Assembly (NCBI GenBank): GCA_028534125.1
Contig: CM052818.1
Span: forward strand, 6,202,001-6,266,000
DNA: 64,000 bases
Source of the DNA: Lama glama
Lineage: Eukaryota
Direction of reading: 5' to 3'
Both the position numbers and the translations under genes were made by a program. Under the pieces are notes generated by a model, which saw nothing but the letters and a program-made list of their open reading frames with translations, ran no database searches and had not been told where the DNA came from. Shown in pieces: positions 48,742-62,500 of this stretch (its first letter is position 1; each line of letters begins with the position of its first letter).

Positions 48742-49169
48742 TCTATTCATTAAGGTAAGTCTAGCTGCTCTTACAAACACCAAAATCCAAATGCTTAATA
48801 CAGTAAGATTTAGTTTCTTCCTCAGTTAAAACCCACATCAGTTATTCTTCACTGGCAGGCAGCTCTCCTGCAAGTCGTGATTCAGAGTCTCATGTTCCTT
48901 CCACGTTATGGCCCATCTATCTTCAACATTTGGCTTTAGAAGTCACTGTGCTCATTCGTATCCATTTGAAAGATAGAGTACAGACAATCACATGTGGAAG
49001 GTTTTTATGGGCAAAACCTAGAAGTGATGTACATCACTTCTGCCCAATGCCAGGATAGAAATCTGTCACATGGCCACACCCATCTGTAAAGGAGGCTGGA
49101 ATGTGCAGTCCAGGTGCGCGTTCAGGAAGAGTAAATGAGGTTGGAGACCTCCCAGCAATGTTTTCTACA
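48742..49169 (-). mobile_element. MLT1 (I/J/K/L-like) solo LTR nested in L2
   Basis: 5-bp TSD gacgc/gatgc; 'catcacttctgccc...gtcacatggccacacc...aaaggaggctgga'. Confidence 0.8.
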
Positions 49170-49218
49170 GATGCCTACTAACTCATCCTACAGAGAGCTT
49201 AAGGAGCAGTTGAATATA

Positions 49219-49450
49219 CAGCTGACACTTGAATAACGTGGGGTTAGGGGTGTGGATCTCTGTGCAACTGAAAATCCACATAAAACTTGTAAGTCGGCCC
49301 TCCATACCACAGGTCCTCAGTATCTGCGGTTCTACATCTATGGGTTCAACCCACTACAGATCACATAGTATTATAGCATTTACTGCTGAAAAAAACCTGC
49401 ATGTAAGTGAACCCGTGCAGTTCAAACTCACGTGGTTCAAGGGTCAACCA
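49219..49450. mobile_element. Tigger2-family (MER8/Tigger2a-like) MITE nested in L2
   Basis: TA-flanked; TIRs cagctgacacttgaataac / gtggttcaagggtcaacca. Confidence 0.85.
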
Positions 49451-50894
49451 TACAAGTTCAGGGGAGTGATCTGAGAAAGAAATAAAACTTTGAGCGCCAT
49501 CACTTTATAAATGATATTATCAAGCTAGAATGTATAGCAAGAGAAGTGAAAGGCCTTGGTCATGCGATCTTTTGGTGGTCAGCCAGAGGAGAAGGAGTCA
49601 GCAAAGGAGGCTAAGACTGAGCTGCCGGTGAGGTGGGAGCAGAACCAGAAAGCAGCTGTCATGGAAAAGATGAGAAAAACTGTTTTCAAGAAGGAGTGTG
49701 GAAGGTTGTATCAAAAGCTGCTGAGAAGACAAGTAATCTGAAGACAAGATATTGACCACAGAATTTTAAAACATAAAAGGTCATAGGTGACCTTGATAGA
49801 ACAGTTTCAGGGGAAAAACAGAACTGGTAGTCAACAGGGGAGAAGTGAGGAAGTGGAGAGAAAGACTACAGATGACAAGATCAAGGTGTTTTGCTGCGAA
49901 GAGGAACAGAGAAATGAATGTGGTACCAGCCAGTTTATGCGTGTGTTTTAAGACAGAAAATACTAGAGCACGTGTAGCCACTCACAAGGATGACCCAGTT
50001 GAGAGGAATGGTGATACAGAGAGCAAAGGAGAAAACTGTGACACAAAGACCTGAGAACGGTTGGGGATAGGATCCAGAACACAAGTGGATGGCTTGGATG
50101 TAAATAAGGGCAGAACACTTCACTGCAACAAGACAGAAGATGGAAGGTATGAGTATACGTACAGATTCAGGTGATGGGAAGTAGGGAGATTTCTTAGCTG
50201 ACTTACTTTATTCTCTAAATAAAGTACAAAGGAAGCTCCTCAGCTGGGAAATGAACCAAAAGAAAGTACAGTTTTGAGGAAGGGAGGTGTTAAGTAACTT
50301 GGTGAGAAAGAAAGTACTTCCCTATGGGGTAAGTGCAGTGGAAAGGCAATGCGGATAAGAGCTCATTTGAGATTTGTGGCCTGATTTTAATATGTGATCA
50401 GCTGGCCCAGTTGTATGTTTTCTCTAAGAAGTTTCAGCTACTCAAGTACAGACATGGAGGAGATGGCTGGATGGTGTAAACCAGAGCTAGGTCTTATCAG
50501 GAGGACCTTAGAGTCAGAGAGGGGCAAAGGAGTCAGGAGTGATCCTAACCAGCTGGGGACTCCTAGCTGGGACAGGTAGGAAGTGTGGACATGAGGACAA
50601 GAAAGGATAGTGAACCAGGGGGAGTACCCCTGGCCTGGAGGTCTCAAGGTAGCGATAAGATTATGAGTATGAGTATGAGCATGACAGAGAGAGTAAGCAA
50701 AGAAGCTGGGAGGAGGAAACAATCTGGGGGATGACAAGGTAAAACAACTGAGAGGCCACAATGTTCATGGACCAAACACCTGCATGTTGGAGTCCCCATT
50801 ACCAGTCATGGAGACAGGACTAGGGGAGGAGAGGTCAGCAGGGAGCTGAATACTAAATGCATCAAGGAGTTTGGCAGATGTACTAGACAGTTTA

Positions 50895-51312
50895 CATGTG
50901 CACCCTCATCACCCTTCTCCACCCTGCACCATATAGAAACAAGAACAAGCTCCCTGGCTTCCAAACGGAAGGTTGGAGAGAGAGAGAAGTGTGACATGGG
51001 GATATTTACCTCCTTTGCTCCACTGCTTCAGGATTGCTGTGGACCAAGCCTATCCTTTAAGACAAAGACTCAACCCCTGTTGACGGCATCCTCAAACAGC
51101 CTCCCCATCCCCACACACACTCCCTCGTTCCTCCTTCAGTCTTAAGACTTGTAACAAAGGAACTCTACTGTTACTAGCCCCAGGCACACCATGCGTGGGA
51201 TTTCTCTCACTCTAACCACACTTTTGTAAATAGTCCCTTTATTAAACTCTGCGAATTATTCTAATTTGAGTAGACCACCTGTTTCCTGCTGGGAGCCCCC
51301 ACCCTGCCACAC
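50895..51312 (+). mobile_element. LTR33-type ERVL solo LTR
   Basis: 3' end 'ttttgtaaatagtccctttattaaactct...tttgagtagaccacctgtttcctgctggga'. Confidence 0.8.
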
Positions 51313-52459
51313 GTTAGATGACAGCAATATGAATACCGACCTTGCAGGGTCCTTGTAAAGAAGAGAAAAAATATAAGCAAGGCATCAAGCACAGTGTCTG
51401 GCACATTAAAGACACTCAACTAACAGTGGGGGGTCGGGGGGAGGTAGCCACTGTTCTAGTTACTGTTGGTAGAAATGTATATGCTCAGATCCAATCAGGT
51501 CTTCTACTTCGTAACTAGTCTCTACTCAAGTCACAGTTAAGCACCTGGCTTCGGCTAGAACTCTCGGGTCTAGCAGCAGCCAGACAAGTCACCGAAAGCA
51601 GTAATATGAACAAATGCCTCCAAAAAAAGAAAGGAGGAGGATTTTAGGAAAAAGATTTCAACGAAAACAGTTGGCTTCTACTAGAGCATTCCCCGCAGAC
51701 AGGCCGGCTGGCATGATGGTAGGTATGACTCTATCCTGTGCGAGTGAGGGCAGTCCCTGGAGAATCAGAGCGAGGAGACGGCCCACCCTTGCACCTCCCG
51801 CACACTTCCCTGCTGCTGCCCTCTGCAGAGGCAATCTCCTTCCAGGGCTCAGCAGTACAACGGCCATCTTAACATGGCTTAGTAATGGATTTTATTTTTT
51901 AATCACAATGCATTGTAAATGAAACTACTTACAAACTAACAAAATCTACCTAAATTGTGTTAGAATGGCAGACCCAGGCCCCAGAACAGAGCTGGGTGTT
52001 TCAAAAAAATTCACAGTCTGGACTAGATGGTGCTACAGACGTTGTCCAGAGGCTGATTTTACAGAAGGACAGCGTCCCTCTTCAAAACCGGACCCCCATT
52101 TCTAGAATGGGGAATGTGGAAACCACCAGCTCAGGACGTCCAGGGGCAAAGCCCAGATTTGTGCCTCCTTATACTGGTGACAAATCTGGACAAGTCTGAG
52201 GGGAAGAAAAATCAAAATGCAAAAAGCTCAGAGAGGATTCAGCTCATTGGTCCATTTTGCAATACAAAGGGAATCCCATGGGTGTTGCCTCCACCAACAC
52301 TCAGTATAAACCAAATCAGACAAGACTGCTTCCTTTCCTGTGGCTCATGTGATCAGGCCACACTGCCCTGCTTATAACCCTCAGTGCTTCTCATTGCCCT
52401 TCCGGTAGAAACCAAAGCCCCTCATGTTGCTTCGTTCTGTATCCCTCTTTGTAACCCAC

Positions 52460-52845
52460 CTGCACTCAACTTGACCTGGCTTTCCACACTTGCAGCCCTC
52501 TCTCTCGGGCATCAGAGCGCAGCTCGTGCTCTGCCCTCTTACCACCCCCCTTACTGACCACACCACCTACTGCTCGGTAACTCTTATTCATACCTTAGGA
52601 CTCAGTACATTTTATTTCCTCCAGAAATGACTTGCAGAATAGCTATATGTCAGCCTGTAATAGACTTCTTTAGCCCTCTGTATTTACAAAAATTCAGCAT
52701 TTTTAATTACTCTTTGGTGTCTGTTTTCCCCACTAGACAATGTACTACATGAGGGCAAAGAATGTGTGTCTTGCTCTAAACTAACACCCAAGTATCTGGT
52801 ACATAATAGTCCCTCAGTAAACACCTACTGAATAAATGTATAATG
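52460..52845 (+). mobile_element. L2 3' end
   Basis: 'ttccccactagacaatgtactacatgagggcaaaga...ctggtacataatagtccctcagtaaacacctactgaataaatg'. Confidence 0.75.
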
Positions 52846-53223
52846 GGTATAGAAAAGATTGTGCAGAACTGCTAAAAACCTGCAAATTGTATAGTTACGT
52901 TCTTAAAAAAGGCCATGCTGCTATCTAGAGTATAAAAATTAGAAGAAATTGCTTTTTTGTTTCCAATTTTGGTAAGTTTTGTTTGCTTGTAAAAAGATAA
53001 TTTCATTTATAACGTGTTGCAACTAAAAAATAAAACCTATTACCTGAACAATGGTATAAGGGTCCTTAACAAAGAAAGTGGTGAATACTGGGGGATCTAA
53101 AGGATTCACCAACAATGAATCACTACTAATCAGTCCTTTATTTTTTAACGGGGTTAATGAATGGTATGTCAAAAAAAATGTTACGGAATTTGGAAGGCAT
53201 TTTATTCATTCAACGCATATTTA

Positions 53224-53288
53224 TAGAGACTTCATTATGCATTAGAGACTTCATTATGCATTAGAGACTTCATTATGCATTAGAAACT
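53224..53288. repeat. Perfect 19-bp tandem repeat x3 (tagagacttcattatgcat) within an L2 tail
   Basis: Units at 53224-53242, 53243-53261 and 53262-53280, then partial tagaaact. Confidence 0.97.
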
Positions 53289-53499
53289 GCAAGACTCATG
53301 ATATGGTGGTGGGCAAGATCCTTGTCTCCATATAGCCCACAAATGCTCTCCTATGTGGAGATGAGGGCAGAATGACATTACACTGAGTTGAATCGGTAAT
53401 GGCTGATTCAATAACCAATAACTAGTCTTGGCTCTGCAGTCACAAATGAAGGTGAAGACCTAGTTTGTCACATTTCTGGTACAAGTGGCATTGGATTTT

Positions 53500-53945
53500 A
53501 GAGAGCACTGCGTTTCAACAACCATTAAAACTTTGCTTATCTTTGACCTAGTAATCTGACCAGGTGAAAATAATTCAAAAGAAAAAAATTTAAGTATGCA
53601 AAAAAATCATTGTTGCAGTATTTTTATAACAATATAAATATAGAAAACAACCCATTGTTCAATGATAGAATAATGTACAGTATATTGTGATATAACCACA
53701 AGATAGAATATTATGCAACAGTGTTAGGTTTTTATTTTGAAGATTGTGGCAATCTGAAAAATACTTAAGAAGTGTTATTTTAAAACCAGACTACGAAATT
53801 TTACTTGTTTTATGATTACGAAGCCATATAGGTTTTTTCTGCATAGGAACTCAGACAAAATAATAACACTATGATTTGTTAGGACAATTGTGTTGGTTAT
53901 TTTTTTACCTTCTACATTTTTACTTCCAATCTTGTTAAAATAAAA
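53500..53945 (+). mobile_element. Highly decayed L1ME-like 3' fragment
   Basis: 'ctttgacctagtaatc', 'cattgttgcagtatttttataac...gaaaacaacc...gaatattatgcaac'. Confidence 0.6.
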
Positions 53946-54579
53946 ATATTTTAATTATAAAACTCCATTAAATGCTACATGGCTTATATTTTGGGTAGAT
54001 ACATTAGGATTCAATAAGAAAAAAATTAATCACTTTCAAGATTCATTAAGGGTTAAGCTCTTAACTGGGGTACAAAACCTCAGTTGTATAAAAAGACATA
54101 GTTGGCTTCCTTCCTATCATTGAAATGAAAAGGACCTGGAAGTTTTCACCCTGAAAGCTTAAGATCAGCAAACAGTGCGATGAGGCTGTTAACATGGGTA
54201 ATCCAGAGCGTGCCGGCAGAGCAAGTTGGGACAAATCCGTTCCCTACACCCCCTGACAACAGACCACACTATGGGAGTGCTCTAGCTTTCTGTGTCATGC
54301 CTTGAGCAGAACTCTGATAAACCAGGTCATCTCCACAGGGGCTAGACCAAGACAGCGAGAGGTCTGAAACACCTCCATTTCAATACGAAGAACTATTGAG
54401 GGAAGTGGGGATATCAACCTGCAGAAGATGTCACATTTTTATGATTCTCATCTTGCAGATGGAAATTTTATTAAAAGGTACTTTTTTTTTATCCAGTTAA
54501 AAACGATGAGAGGTGGATGCCTTCTCTTCTAGTCAAAAAGCTTCATTTCGCCAAAGTAATTTTGACACATTTCCACCTC

Positions 54580-55035
54580 TACCAAAGTTCCAAATGTCCA
54601 AAACTGGCCTCTGCCCTCCCCTGCTGCAGGCCTCACCCCGCCTCTATATGCCACCCCTCATCAACGTGCACCCACAGCCCGATCTAGCCAAGCTGCTCAC
54701 AGATCCTCAAGTGCACACTACCTTTGCAGGCCCCCTGCTCCTTCCAGTCTCCAGAACTTCCCCACTGCCCTGGGGATTCTGTCTGCAAGACTCACTCCCC
54801 CTGACCACTTGGGAGAGCTTAGCCCTTCCCTCTCTGGGACCCCATGGCAGCTGGTATGTGGCTTCACTGGAAAATAACCACCTTATAATGGAGTGGTCTG
54901 GTTACTCATCCATCTTCACCAGTGACTGTGAGTTTCCTGCAGGCAGGACCTGCCATTTCATTGTTTCATCCCAAGCACTTGGCATACTGTCTTACAACGA
55001 ATAGATGCTCTGTTCCTACTAGTCAGTGAATTAAC
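54580..55035 (+). mobile_element. L2 fragment
   Basis: 'gactgtgagtttcctgcaggcaggacc...tcatcccaagcacttggcatactg'. Confidence 0.65.
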
Positions 55036-55519
55036 CTCCTCTTCCTTTGTGAAATCCATTTTAATCATTTTCCCAGTGAACAGATGTCTCTAGTTGCAGA
55101 ATGCCTTGGGCAAGTGTTGGGAAAGCACTGTCTTTGTTAAACAGGTACAAGACTCTTTCTCCATCTTCATACTTCGTGAACAAGTGTCCCTCCGATGGCA
55201 CAGCCCCTGAAACCACTACAAATGTGTGTAAATCCCATCAGCTTAAAACACAAAACACAGGCAAGCACTTTAACTCACACTATGAACTCTGCCATTGTTA
55301 GGTTGTTGGTTTAAAAAAAAAATCCCATCTGCCATAAATCTACATTCCCCCCCAAATGAAATATAATACCCACGCTTTCCTCTAGCAGTCAGATAATCAT
55401 CTCCTTGTTTTATGGGAAATGATTTAGAAGAGAAAAGAATTGGTCTGACAGTCTCATAAGTTTCAGAAAGCGCTTACCCTGACAGTCCCTTTCTTGCTTG
55501 TCCTATTTCTTCTCATGCC

Positions 55520-55592
55520 TATATATATATATATACACGCATGCACACACAGGTCCACATGTGCACACTCTTGCACACATGCATGCACACAC
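55520..55592. repeat. (TA)n followed by degenerate (CA/TG)n
   Basis: Direct inspection. Confidence 0.8.
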
Positions 55593-58553
55593 CTGCACCC
55601 GCTCACATTGAAATCTGGGTCTCTGCTTTATTAAGCCAAGGCTGGGATCACATCATTAATAGCCTGTGTTAGATTTAAGCATATTCTTCTATCTCTAAAT
55701 TGCTTCCTGCATATTCTTTGTCTGCTGACTATTTTTTCAGCTCTCCATCGCTGACTCAAGTCCAAGAAGAAAAAGAGAACTCACAATATTATGCAGCCCT
55801 TCAACCCTGACAGGAAAAAACACTCACCTGGTACTTCCAGCATGTTTGGGGAACAAGGAAACCTACCATCTTACTTTTGCCCCTTCCCTCCACGTTTCCC
55901 CCTGAGGCCACAGACACAGTTGTCCATCTGCCTTCCAGCCAGCACAGCACATCTCTAACAAGAGGCAGTCATATTCCTAAATGCTCCCTCCAAATCCTCC
56001 TTCAGCTGATGCTTAACAGTGTTCACCTTGAGCAGGCAGGAGATGATACCGTGCAGGGGAAGGGAACATGACAGAGGCCACCACTACTCATCACTTCCTG
56101 AAATGGAAAAGCCCTTGGGGTACTCAAGAGAATGAGAAACTTTTTTCTTTACCACTGATGTTTATTGATTTGTCCAGTTCATAGGGAGCATGCCTTAATG
56201 TTCGGCTTTCATGTTTCTGCTTTGTTGCATGGGTGCAGAAAAGAATATTGCAAATTGATCCGTCTTCTCAGCCTTTGTTGGAATTGAACTCCTATTAACT
56301 TTAGTTTCCCAGGCCTGCCACCGCGTGCTCACTTTCCAGGGCTTATATAATCAGCCTAGCTAAACACTGAGAGTCGGGCTGATTAATTTCTAAGGTTCTC
56401 ACCTGAGTCCATTGATAGCATGCCTGTTTGATGATCTTCACAATAGATGGCCACTTCTGATTGTTTGCCCTTTGCCCTCTACCTTGGAGCTGTCTGTTCT
56501 AGTACCTGTTTAAGCTGACAGCACATACACTGCATCTACATCATGCCTGAAGAAAACCGTAATGTCTTGGTGCTATGAAAGCCAGAAGAAGGGCTTTTAA
56601 GGGAAACCCGTTTCCATTACCAGGTGAACAGCCTTTGAGAACCAATCATATATCCATTAAACAAAAAGGAAAGACATTATCCATAACCTACAATATTATG
56701 CCTGTACTTTAGAATCCACCCATTCATTCTGATTTAGCTTATGTGCTAATTATGATCAATGGATTTCCATAAGAACGTAAAACTGTATCACAGCTTTTAA
56801 TTTTTCATTCCACCATTTCCCAGAATTCTGTTATTTTAATTACTTTACATTTTGCTCACTTCTAATAGCTCAGAACAAAAGGGTCATCATCACCATCACC
56901 AATATATCTCTCTCATAAATGTATAATTTTAGGCTTGTCCCATTTCTAATGTAACCCTAATATTAGGTTAGACAGGTTTTATTTCTAGTTTTTATCATAG
57001 AAGGGGAGGCTCTTTAACAATTTCAGAGACGTATTTCATTTATCCTAAAATACCTTTGGTTGTAAGATAGGTTGGGGGTCTATTTATAGAACTAAGTTCT
57101 CAAAAATGCACATAATTTGCATCCTCGCTCACTAAGAACCTAGTTAGAGAGCTAATGCAGGTGCACTTGGCAGCCATTTTCTTAAGGTCACACCAATGCT
57201 CAACCACTCCACAGGAAAATGGAGGGTTATGAGAACACCAAGGTCACCCAAGGACAAGTCATATATGCATTAGCTGAACAAATCAAATACATGTCCTGGA
57301 TTGAGCACACACTGAATAGTGGACTGAAGTGAGAAAAGTCGAGCAGAAACGTAGATATATTGAATATTCAACATACTACTAGAGGTCAGCTTACAGAGGT
57401 GGGCATAAAATTGCAGCAAATTATGTCCCCTTTTTAAAAACAGCATGGAAAAAGAACACGTGTGCCGGTGAAACCATAGAATTGCAAAGCTTCAAGGGAC
57501 TACAAAGACCATGGTCCATCCTGCTATTTATAAATGAGAAAGCATTCCTGTCACTGCCCGGGGCCATTATCCTTTCCTCCCCAGGTTCCCTGAGCACCTT
57601 CTCCCTCACCCCAGCTCTCTTCATAATTCTTTTCCCATATTTCAACTTGCAAATACTAAATACTGCATGCGAGTTTGCCATCCTTTGCTCAAGTTATCTC
57701 CTTGAGAAACAGCAAAGGGGCATACGGCTCAGTTCCTGAGGTCTCGGCATCACTGAAACATAAATACACTGTGATCAATCTGAGGAGTAAGATTCACTCA
57801 TTGTGCTTAAAGGATTAATGACTAAAGCAAGGGAAAACACCTTAAAACAGCCTAGTTCTTTGCTTGATTCTGTGTCCTGGAGTCACGTACGAGCTGAACA
57901 TAACGTTGCTGTAAAGGACCAAACTCTTAACACATTTGTTATGTCCTTTAGATTTTAGTTAATATGCTATAAATTTTAAAAGAGATGGATCTTTAAAAAT
58001 AAATGTGCATGTGAATATATATGTATATATACATATATGTATTTGTATGAATGTCAATTTTTTTATTTCACAATATATTTCAAACACACAGGAAAACTCA
58101 GAGAACAATGGCACAGCTCTCAGCCCCCAACCTGAACAAATGTTTACATTTTGCCATATTTGTTTCAGACTTTTTCACTTTATTTCAAAGAAATAAAAAA
58201 TTATAGATACACTTCAAACTGCCTGTGTACTCATATCCCAGTCTTTCCTTTCCTGCCCTCCTCAGAGAAAACCAGTATCTTAAATTTGATGTTTATCATT
58301 CCCATAAGTTTTTCTTTCTTTCACAACTTACAAATATATCCATAAATAATATATATTAGTTCTGTATGTTTAAAATTCTTATACAGATAGTATCCAAACT
58401 GCATCTTTAGCTTGCTATTTTAAATCATCTTTAAGTTTTGAGATTTATCATGAGATAAATGTAGCAATACTTCATTTTAGTGATGAATTCTGTATTTTAT
58501 TTTTTATATGAATACACAACAATTTATTTATCCATTCCCCTCTTAGCGGCTAT

Positions 58554-59053
58554 NNNNNNNNNNNNNNNNNNNNNNNNNNNNNNNNNNNNNNNNNNNNNNN
58601 NNNNNNNNNNNNNNNNNNNNNNNNNNNNNNNNNNNNNNNNNNNNNNNNNNNNNNNNNNNNNNNNNNNNNNNNNNNNNNNNNNNNNNNNNNNNNNNNNNNN
58701 NNNNNNNNNNNNNNNNNNNNNNNNNNNNNNNNNNNNNNNNNNNNNNNNNNNNNNNNNNNNNNNNNNNNNNNNNNNNNNNNNNNNNNNNNNNNNNNNNNNN
58801 NNNNNNNNNNNNNNNNNNNNNNNNNNNNNNNNNNNNNNNNNNNNNNNNNNNNNNNNNNNNNNNNNNNNNNNNNNNNNNNNNNNNNNNNNNNNNNNNNNNN
58901 NNNNNNNNNNNNNNNNNNNNNNNNNNNNNNNNNNNNNNNNNNNNNNNNNNNNNNNNNNNNNNNNNNNNNNNNNNNNNNNNNNNNNNNNNNNNNNNNNNNN
59001 NNNNNNNNNNNNNNNNNNNNNNNNNNNNNNNNNNNNNNNNNNNNNNNNNNNNN
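58554..59053. other. Assembly gap (500 N)
   Basis: Run of exactly 500 N. Confidence 0.99.
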
Positions 59054-59307
59054 CAGTACATGAGAGTTCATACGGTTCCACATGCTTGCAATTTCAGACT
59101 TCTGGATTTCTGTAACCTGATCAGTATAAACTTACACCTCACTATTGTTTTAGTTTGCATTTTCCAAATTACCAGGGACACTGAGCATCTTTTCATGTAC
59201 TTATTTGCCATACAGAATTCCTCTAGTATTAATTCTTATCCATTGCTCATTTTTCTACTGGCTTGTTCGCTTCATTGATTTAGATTAATTTTACATACTA
59301 TGAACAA

Positions 59308-59560
59308 TATTAGTAATAATAACTAACGTTTGGGAGGGTACTTATTACATGTAAGACATTACTCTTAGAGCTTTATACATATTAACTAATTTAATCTTCA
59401 CAACAACCCTACAACCTGTCAGGTAGGTAAGACCATTATTTTTAAAATGAAAAAACCGAAGTCAAAAGAGGTTAAATAACTTGCATAAGGCCACACACAG
59501 TTATTAAGTGTTGGATCTAAGATTCAGACCCAGGAATCTGATGCAAGATGTCATGGTCTT
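59308..59560 (-). mobile_element. MIR nested in the old L1M
   Basis: 'atttaatcttcacaacaaccct...agaggttaaataacttgcataaggccacac...gattcagacccagg'. Confidence 0.85.
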
Positions 59561-62500
59561 CTGCCTCTCTTTGTTTCAAAGGATGCAAATCGCTCATCAG
59601 CTTTATGCATTGCAAATATCTTCTTCCAGTCTGCAGCTTATCTTCTCAATTCATTCACTGTGTATGTTGTTCAGAAGCATACACACATGCACAGCTATGT
59701 ATGTACATGTATGCCTGTGTGTGTGTAAATATGTGTGTCAAATTATCAATATTTCTTTATGATTTGTGCTTTTTGTGTACAGTTTAAGAGACACTTTCAA
59801 ACCTCAAAGCCACAAAGATATTCTCAAATATTTTCTTTAAAAATTTTGAGAATTTTTCACTTGTTGGAGGATTTTTCATTTTTGAATAAAAGATTTAATT
59901 TTACTTTTTACAATATGGATAACCACTTGCCCTAGCATCATTATCTGAATATTTTTCCTCAATGATTTGAAATATGACTTCTGTCAAATGTCAAGTAGCT
60001 ATTTATGTGTCAATCTGTTCTGAATTCTCTATTCTATTCCATTGATCTGTGTGTCCCCATGCCAATACCATACTGTCTTATTACTACAGCTTATAATAAT
60101 TCTTGATATTTGATAGGCCATGTCTCCCTACTTTATTCTTCTTTTTAAATCACCTTTGACAAATGCAGGATCACATTGTCAAGTTCCATCAAAAAGCCCG
60201 ACAGAATTTTTATTACAATAGTTTTGAATTTATAGATTCGGAATAAATTAAGATCTCTGTGACACTAAACCCTCCCACCCTGGAACATGGTATAATTCTA
60301 CATTTACTCAAGTCTTCTATGTCCTTAAATAATGTTTGGTAAAATTCTTCATAAAAGTCATTTTTAATTTATTCCTATATATTTATATTTATTCCTAACT
60401 CACTGATATTGTTGCTTTTATAACTAGGAGATTTTTTCCAATTATATTTTGTAATTGGTACTACTGTTTCATGACCTCTACAATAGATGATCTCTTCTGA
60501 CAGTTTGACTTTCGCCCTTTCCTCCAGAACCATCTCTTCTAGTACTTTTTTAAGTTTACAGCACTTACATTGCTTCTACAATACTTTTAAAAGAAACCAT
60601 AGTATCTTGGCTCTATGAAGGCTCATGAAAGAATGAAATTTAGAAATACTTTTGATTTTGTGTATAGGTGCATGATTCTACAACTTTAACTCTCTTTAAT
60701 ATTTCTAAAAATTCTTTACATATTGTCTTAAGTTTTCAATGTAGGCAATCACATTGCCTTGAAATAACAGTTTCATTTCTTTCTTTTCAGCTGTTATTTA
60801 ATTTCTTTTTCTTGTTTTATTGCATTGGCTATGACTGTAGCACAATGTTAACAGAACCCAGAAAGTAGACATCATTGCTTTGTTCCTTACTTTGATGGAG
60901 ACATTTCTAAAGTTATACCATTAGATATTAAGTTTACTGTGAGTTTTTAAAGACAGCCTTTATGATGGAAAGGAAGATTCCCCTCTTTTCCTAGTTTTCT
61001 TAGAATTCTTATCATAAATAAGTATTGAATTAACTGAATAATTCTGTATCAATGGAACAGACTAAATGGCTTTTCTCTTTTTATCTGATAATAGAGTATG
61101 TTACATTAATAGATTTTTCAATGATTTTTTTCATACCAAAGACAAACCTTACTTAGTTATGATGTATAATCATTTTTAAAGATTCTGTTAAGTTCAATTT
61201 AAAAAAGGCTTCTATATTCTTATTTTTAAAATGGTCTACAATTCTACAATTTTTTCTTGTTATGCCCTTGCCATTTTTTGCTAACAATGAATTGTAAATG
61301 CATTCAGTAGCATTCTGTCTTTTATTATACTCTGAAATATTAACATAAGGTAAAGATCATCCAGTCCTTAGAGGTATGCTAAAATTCACCTCTAAAACTA
61401 TCTGGCCCTTGTACCAGTTAAGAAGAGATACTTGTTATAGTTATTGATCTCTATGGTTTATATATATATATATATATATATAAACTTCATTTACATTTTT
61501 CTAAAAAGTTATCTATTTTTCTAAGTCTACAATTCACCACCATAAGTTGTTCACAGAACCCTCTTATTTTAAATCTCTACTACATCTATAGTAACAATTC
61601 TTTTTATTATCTTTTTACACTTTTTATTTTATTTTTTTTTTTTTTTGCAGAGGCTTGACAAAGGTTTCTGGTGCAACTGAGCTTGAGCCTTCCTTCTAAA
61701 TAATGACCTCTTTTATTTCCAATTATCTTTCTTGTATCAGCCACCCTACTTTAAGTTTACTCTATTGTTCTTTTATCGAGCTTTTAGAGTTAATCACTTA
61801 TCTCACGTATTTTCAGTACTCCTTGGTGGCTAACGTTTTGAAAGCTCTAAATTTATCTCTATATACAAATATTGCTGTTGCCCACAAATGTCACATGTAG
61901 CACTTTCCTTGTCCTTCATATTATGACTGCCATTATAATTACTTCTGAGACATGAGTTACTAAAAGGGAGTTTAATTGTTGCTATATTTACTATATTTAT
62001 TTAATTTCTAATTTAATTTCATTGAGATCAGAGAACATGATCTGCATCATATTAATTCCTTGAAATCTGTTGAGCATTTCCTTAGAAATCTAGAATGCAG
62101 TCAATTTTTGTAAATGCTTGATGTGTAGTATATGATAAAATGTGTACACATCTCCTACCAAAATGGCAGATTTATCAAATTTCTCTCATATTTGTTAACT
62201 TTTGCTTCATATATTCTGAGACTATATTGTTAGGTAACACAAAGTCATAATTATTACAACTTGTTGGTAGACTGTTCCTTTTATTATTAAGCAATGTTCA
62301 TGATTACACCTATTTGTGCTTCTTTCTTAAATTCTACTTTGCTATTAATATTTTTAGACAAGATTTTTTTTTGTTAGTATTTGCCTATTTACTTTTTCCC
62401 ATCTATTTTCAACATTTCTGTATGGCTTTACCTTAGATTTCTTACAACTGAATATTGGTTCTGTTTCATTTGGTTTTTAATCCAGGCTCATGTATAACTA

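Larger units (their letters stand above)
47800..50810 (-). mobile_element. Long L2 LINE remnant with nested elements
   Basis: Collinear L2 motifs: 'gaaggaggcctctctgaagagggaacatttgagccgagacctga', 'taggaggctactgcaataat', 'gaggagaaggagtcagcaaaggaggctaag', 'aggtcataggtgaccttgatagaacagtttcag'. Confidence 0.85.

Noticed and set aside
53224..53288. CRISPR-like array
   Set aside because: Direct tandem repeats with no spacers, in a mammalian context with no cas genes
54513..55004. 163-aa ORF
   Set aside because: Lies mostly in a decayed L2; GTG start; no recognisable protein
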